Assembly (NCBI GenBank): GCA_963677895.2
Contig: CAXXGJ010000018.1
Location: 320,001-384,000, forward strand
Length of the DNA stretch: 64,000 bases
Source of the DNA: Treponemataceae bacterium
GTDB taxonomy: Bacteria; Spirochaetota; Spirochaetia; Treponematales; Rectinemataceae
Direction of reading: 5' to 3'
A model generated the notes under the pieces. That model saw only the letters and a program-made list of their open reading frames with translations, was not told the DNA's origin and made no database searches. A program made the translations under genes and the position numbers. Below are positions 60,953 to 64,000 of the stretch, piece by piece. Each line of letters opens with the position of its first letter. The stretch's first letter is position 1.

Positions 60953-61684
60953 ATGGTACAGCCTATCCTTGAATATTGTGGAGTAGATAAAAATTATAAA
61001 AATTTGCATGTCTTAAATGGAGTTACTTTCAGCATTGAAAAAGGGGAAACTGTTGTAATCATTGGAAAGAGCGGTTCAGGTAAAAGTACCCTTTTAAGAT
61101 GTACAAATATGCTTGAGCCAATTCAAAACGGTCAAATTCTTTATAAAGGGAAAAATGTTAATACTTATAAACCCAGAGATTTAAGAGAGGAGATAGGGAT
61201 CGTTTTTCAGAGTTATAATTTGTTCCCTCATTATACAGCATTAGGAAATTGTAGTTTAGCATTAAGAGTTGTAAAAGGAAAATCGAAAGAAGAATCAGAT
61301 GAAATCGGCATGGAAATGCTAAAAAAAGTTGGGCTAACAAATAAAGTTGATTGTTTCCCTCAGCATCTGTCAGGTGGCCAACAGCAACGTGTAGCAATTG
61401 CTCGCTCTTTGGCATTAAATCCTTCAATAATGATGTTTGATGAAGTAACCTCTGCTTTAGATACTGAGCTAATTGGAGAAGTTTTGCGAGTAATGGAAGA
61501 TGTAGCACTCGCAGGAATGACAATGATAGTAGTAACTCATGAAATGGGTTTTGCGAGACATGTTGCAAGTAAAATTGTGTTCTTAGATGAAGGTATAGTC
61601 ACTGAAACAGGATCGCCTGATCAAGTTTTTGATAATCCAAAAAATGAAAACTTGAAAAATTTTTTAAATGCGATTTTAAAATAA
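60953..61684 (+). CDS. polar amino-acid ABC ATPase (GlnQ-like)
   Basis: GKSGSGKST, LSGGQQQR, FDEVTSALD, VTHEMGFA. Confidence 0.93.
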   Translation: MVQPILEYCGVDKNYKNLHVLNGVTFSIEKGETVVIIGKSGSGKSTLLRCTNMLEPIQNGQILYKGKNVNTYKPRDLREEIGIVFQSYNLFPHYTALGNCSLALRVVKGKSKEESDEIGMEMLKKVGLTNKVDCFPQHLSGGQQQRVAIARSLALNPSIMMFDEVTSALDTELIGEVLRVMEDVALAGMTMIVVTHEMGFARHVASKIVFLDEGIVTETGSPDQVFDNPKNENLKNFLNAILK

Positions 61685-61718
61685 CTCAAATAGCTCTGGT
61701 TGTATTAAGGAGATTTAT

Positions 61719-62192
61719 ATGGCAATTATCGAAGCAAGATTACTTGAATTAGGAATTGAGCTACCAACTGATGCTATTAATAAAAATGCTCTATTTGTTC
61801 CTTCTGTAATTGTGAATAATATTTTATATACTTCAGGAGCAGTCGCAGGGGTTGGTGATAATAATCATAAATATACTGGAAAAGTTGGAAGTGATTTAAC
61901 ATTGGATGAAGCAAAAGTTGCAGCTCGCAAATGTGCAATTAATCTCATTACTTTCATTAAATATTCAGTTGGAGATCTCGATCGAGTTAAACGGATTGTT
62001 AATATTATTGGATATGTAAACAGTGCGCCAGGTTTTAATCGTCAACCAGAAGTACTAAATAGCGTATCCGAGTTATTTCTTCAAGTTTGGGGAGAAAATG
62101 GTAAACATGCTCGTACGGCTCTTTCTGTAAATGAACTTGGCTCAAATGCATGTATTGAATGTAATGCTGTTGTAGAAGTAAAAGATAAATAG
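61719..62192 (+). CDS. RidA/YjgF-family protein
   Basis: YTGKVG, GDLDRVKRIV, GKHARTA. Confidence 0.88.
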   Translation: MAIIEARLLELGIELPTDAINKNALFVPSVIVNNILYTSGAVAGVGDNNHKYTGKVGSDLTLDEAKVAARKCAINLITFIKYSVGDLDRVKRIVNIIGYVNSAPGFNRQPEVLNSVSELFLQVWGENGKHARTALSVNELGSNACIECNAVVEVKDK

Positions 62193-62200
62193 AATATAAT

Positions 62201-62908
62201 ATGAACTATCAATTTGATTTTTCTATTATTTCAATAAATTTGCCGTCATTGCTTCAAGGTGCAGCAAATTCGTTAATAATATCATTTTTATCTATAGTAT
62301 TTGGATTTTCATTAGGTTTAATTTTTGCTTTACTACGTTCATTAAATATAAAAGCAATTAAATATTTCATAATTTGCTACGTAGAGCTTATTAGAAATAC
62401 ACCTTTCATTGTTCAATTATTTATTGTTTATTTTGTACTTCCTCGTATAGGTATTTATGTAGATGCTTATCCAGCAGGTATTATAGCACTCTCATTAAAT
62501 TGTGCTGGATATGCAACAGAGATTTTACGCGCTGGTATTGAATCTATTCATGAGAGTCAGATTGAAGCCGCACGATCCTTAAGTATGACATATTTTCAAA
62601 TATTTAGATATGCTATTCTAAAACCAGCATTAATTACTATTTTCCCTTCACTATCTAGCTTATTTATTACAATATTGCTTGGCTCAAGTGTACTTTCAGC
62701 AATTTCAACACCAGAACTAACATCTATTGCGTATTCAATAACGGCATATAAATATAGACACTTTGAAATATTTTCATTTATTGCAGTATTCTATTTATTA
62801 ATGTCAAATATTCTATCAATAATATTTAAGTATTTAGAGTATCGTTTTTTAAGTATTGAAGGAAAGCAGTCGATTATGAAGTTTTTCCATAATGTTTTAT
62901 TAGGATGA
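62201..62908 (+). CDS. polar amino-acid ABC permease
   Basis: YVELIRNTP, EILRAGIESI..SQIEAA. Confidence 0.92.
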   Translation: MNYQFDFSIISINLPSLLQGAANSLIISFLSIVFGFSLGLIFALLRSLNIKAIKYFIICYVELIRNTPFIVQLFIVYFVLPRIGIYVDAYPAGIIALSLNCAGYATEILRAGIESIHESQIEAARSLSMTYFQIFRYAILKPALITIFPSLSSLFITILLGSSVLSAISTPELTSIAYSITAYKYRHFEIFSFIAVFYLLMSNILSIIFKYLEYRFLSIEGKQSIMKFFHNVLLG

Positions 62909-62944
62909 AAATTATGTTTAATATATTATTTGTGGAGTATCTTA

Positions 62945-63142
62945 ATGAGTAATCAGTTTTATACTGCAAGAGATTTAAATTTTGGTGATATTATATTCAT
63001 GTTAAAAGCAAGCTTAACAACTATAGAATTAGCTATTATCGCAATTGCAGGAGGGATGCTGCTTGGTATACTTGTTGGAATAGGTCGATCAAGTTCAAAT
63101 ATATTTTTAAAGGTAATAACAAAAATGTACGTTGAATTATTT
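62945..63142 (+). pseudogene. second amino-acid ABC permease interrupted by IS66
   Basis: reads ...YVELF then the IS66 left end, where R.TP would be expected. Confidence 0.85.
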
Positions 63143-64000
63143 GTAAGCGTCCAATTCTGCCCATGAGGACAAGTTAAAAAAATCGAATATCCTTCCTGAA
63201 ATGGAGGGATAAACAATGTACCTAAAAAAGGATCGGACCATTTACCTCGTCGCCGGGATTACCGATATGCGAAAACAAATCAATGGACTTTCGGCAATCG
63301 CGCAAGACAAGCAACCAGAAGAAGTCTTCTCAGGGTCGTACTTTGTATTTCTCGGGAAGACTAGAAAAGTCATGAAGATTCTTTACTGGGACAAAAGTGG
63401 TTTCTGCATGTGGATCAAAAGACTCGAAGAAGAAACCTTTCCTTGGACGCGAAAACAGAACGGTGTTATAGAAATAGAACGCGATAAATTCAAGCTTCTT
63501 ATAAAGGGAATTGACATATTCAGAGAGCATCGAAAGCTCGAATATTCCGCGGTAGCATAAGCGATTCAAGGCTGAAAATAGGGCATTTCATGCTATACTG
63601 CAGAGCATGGTGAGCGTGTTAGAAAACCTTCCTGACGATGTGGCCAGTCTCAAGAAACTGGTCAGGGAAATGGCGGCCGAACATACGAAGGAAGTCCATG
63701 AACTGCAGAGCAGGCTCTCCCTTGAACAGGAAAAGTACGCCGCATTACAGCGCCTGATATTCGGACCAAAGAGCGAGAAACACCAAAAAGAGAATCCTAA
63801 ACAGGATCTGCTGTTCAACGAAGCCGAAACGTTCTTCAATATCCCCGATCGAAAACCAGCCACGATAATGGTTGGCGCTCATGAGCGGAAGAAATCGGGA
63901 AGGAAACATTTTCCGGATACGCTCGAACACAATGAAATCGTGCATGAAATGAGCAGAGAACAACGCACTTGCCCGTCCTGTGGTTCTTTACGGCCAGAAA
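63143..64000 (+). mobile_element. IS66 second copy (runs off window); tnpB 63216-63560, tnpC from 63607
   Basis: sequence matches 43524 onward; identical TnpB translation. Confidence 0.95.

Noticed and set aside
43524..64000. Composite transposon that delivered the phage cluster
   Set aside because: First IS66 has its own TSD on both sides and the second interrupts a gene, so they are independent insertions

Overview
This is a bacterial chromosome segment, probably from a spirochaete; that assignment is inferred from tRNA-Ala(CGC), a DUF261-like phage gene and the lipoprotein style. The GC-rich first ~9.4 kb holds a sugar isomerase/ABC operon with an unusual DeoR regulator and the tRNA-Ala. 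The rest is a mosaic of catabolic cassettes, each typically a regulator, a transporter and enzymes: RraA+TTT, aconitase X+TRAP, double NagA+NagB+ABC, M24+Opp+UroD-like, and SelA-like+RidA+amino-acid ABC. Between them lie tRNA-derived att scars and IS5, IS66 (x2), IS3 and IS256 elements. The most striking element is an intact ~8.8-kb phage-derived operon (49807-58575) with scaffold, capsid, neck, baseplate, receptor-binding and lysis genes, but no portal, terminase, tail tube, tape measure, integrase or replication genes. Its lysis end carries a DUF261-like candidate endolysin and two fully overlapping membrane-protein ORFs whose starts are 2 nt apart (spanin-like). All family assignments come from motif recognition by eye, not database searches.
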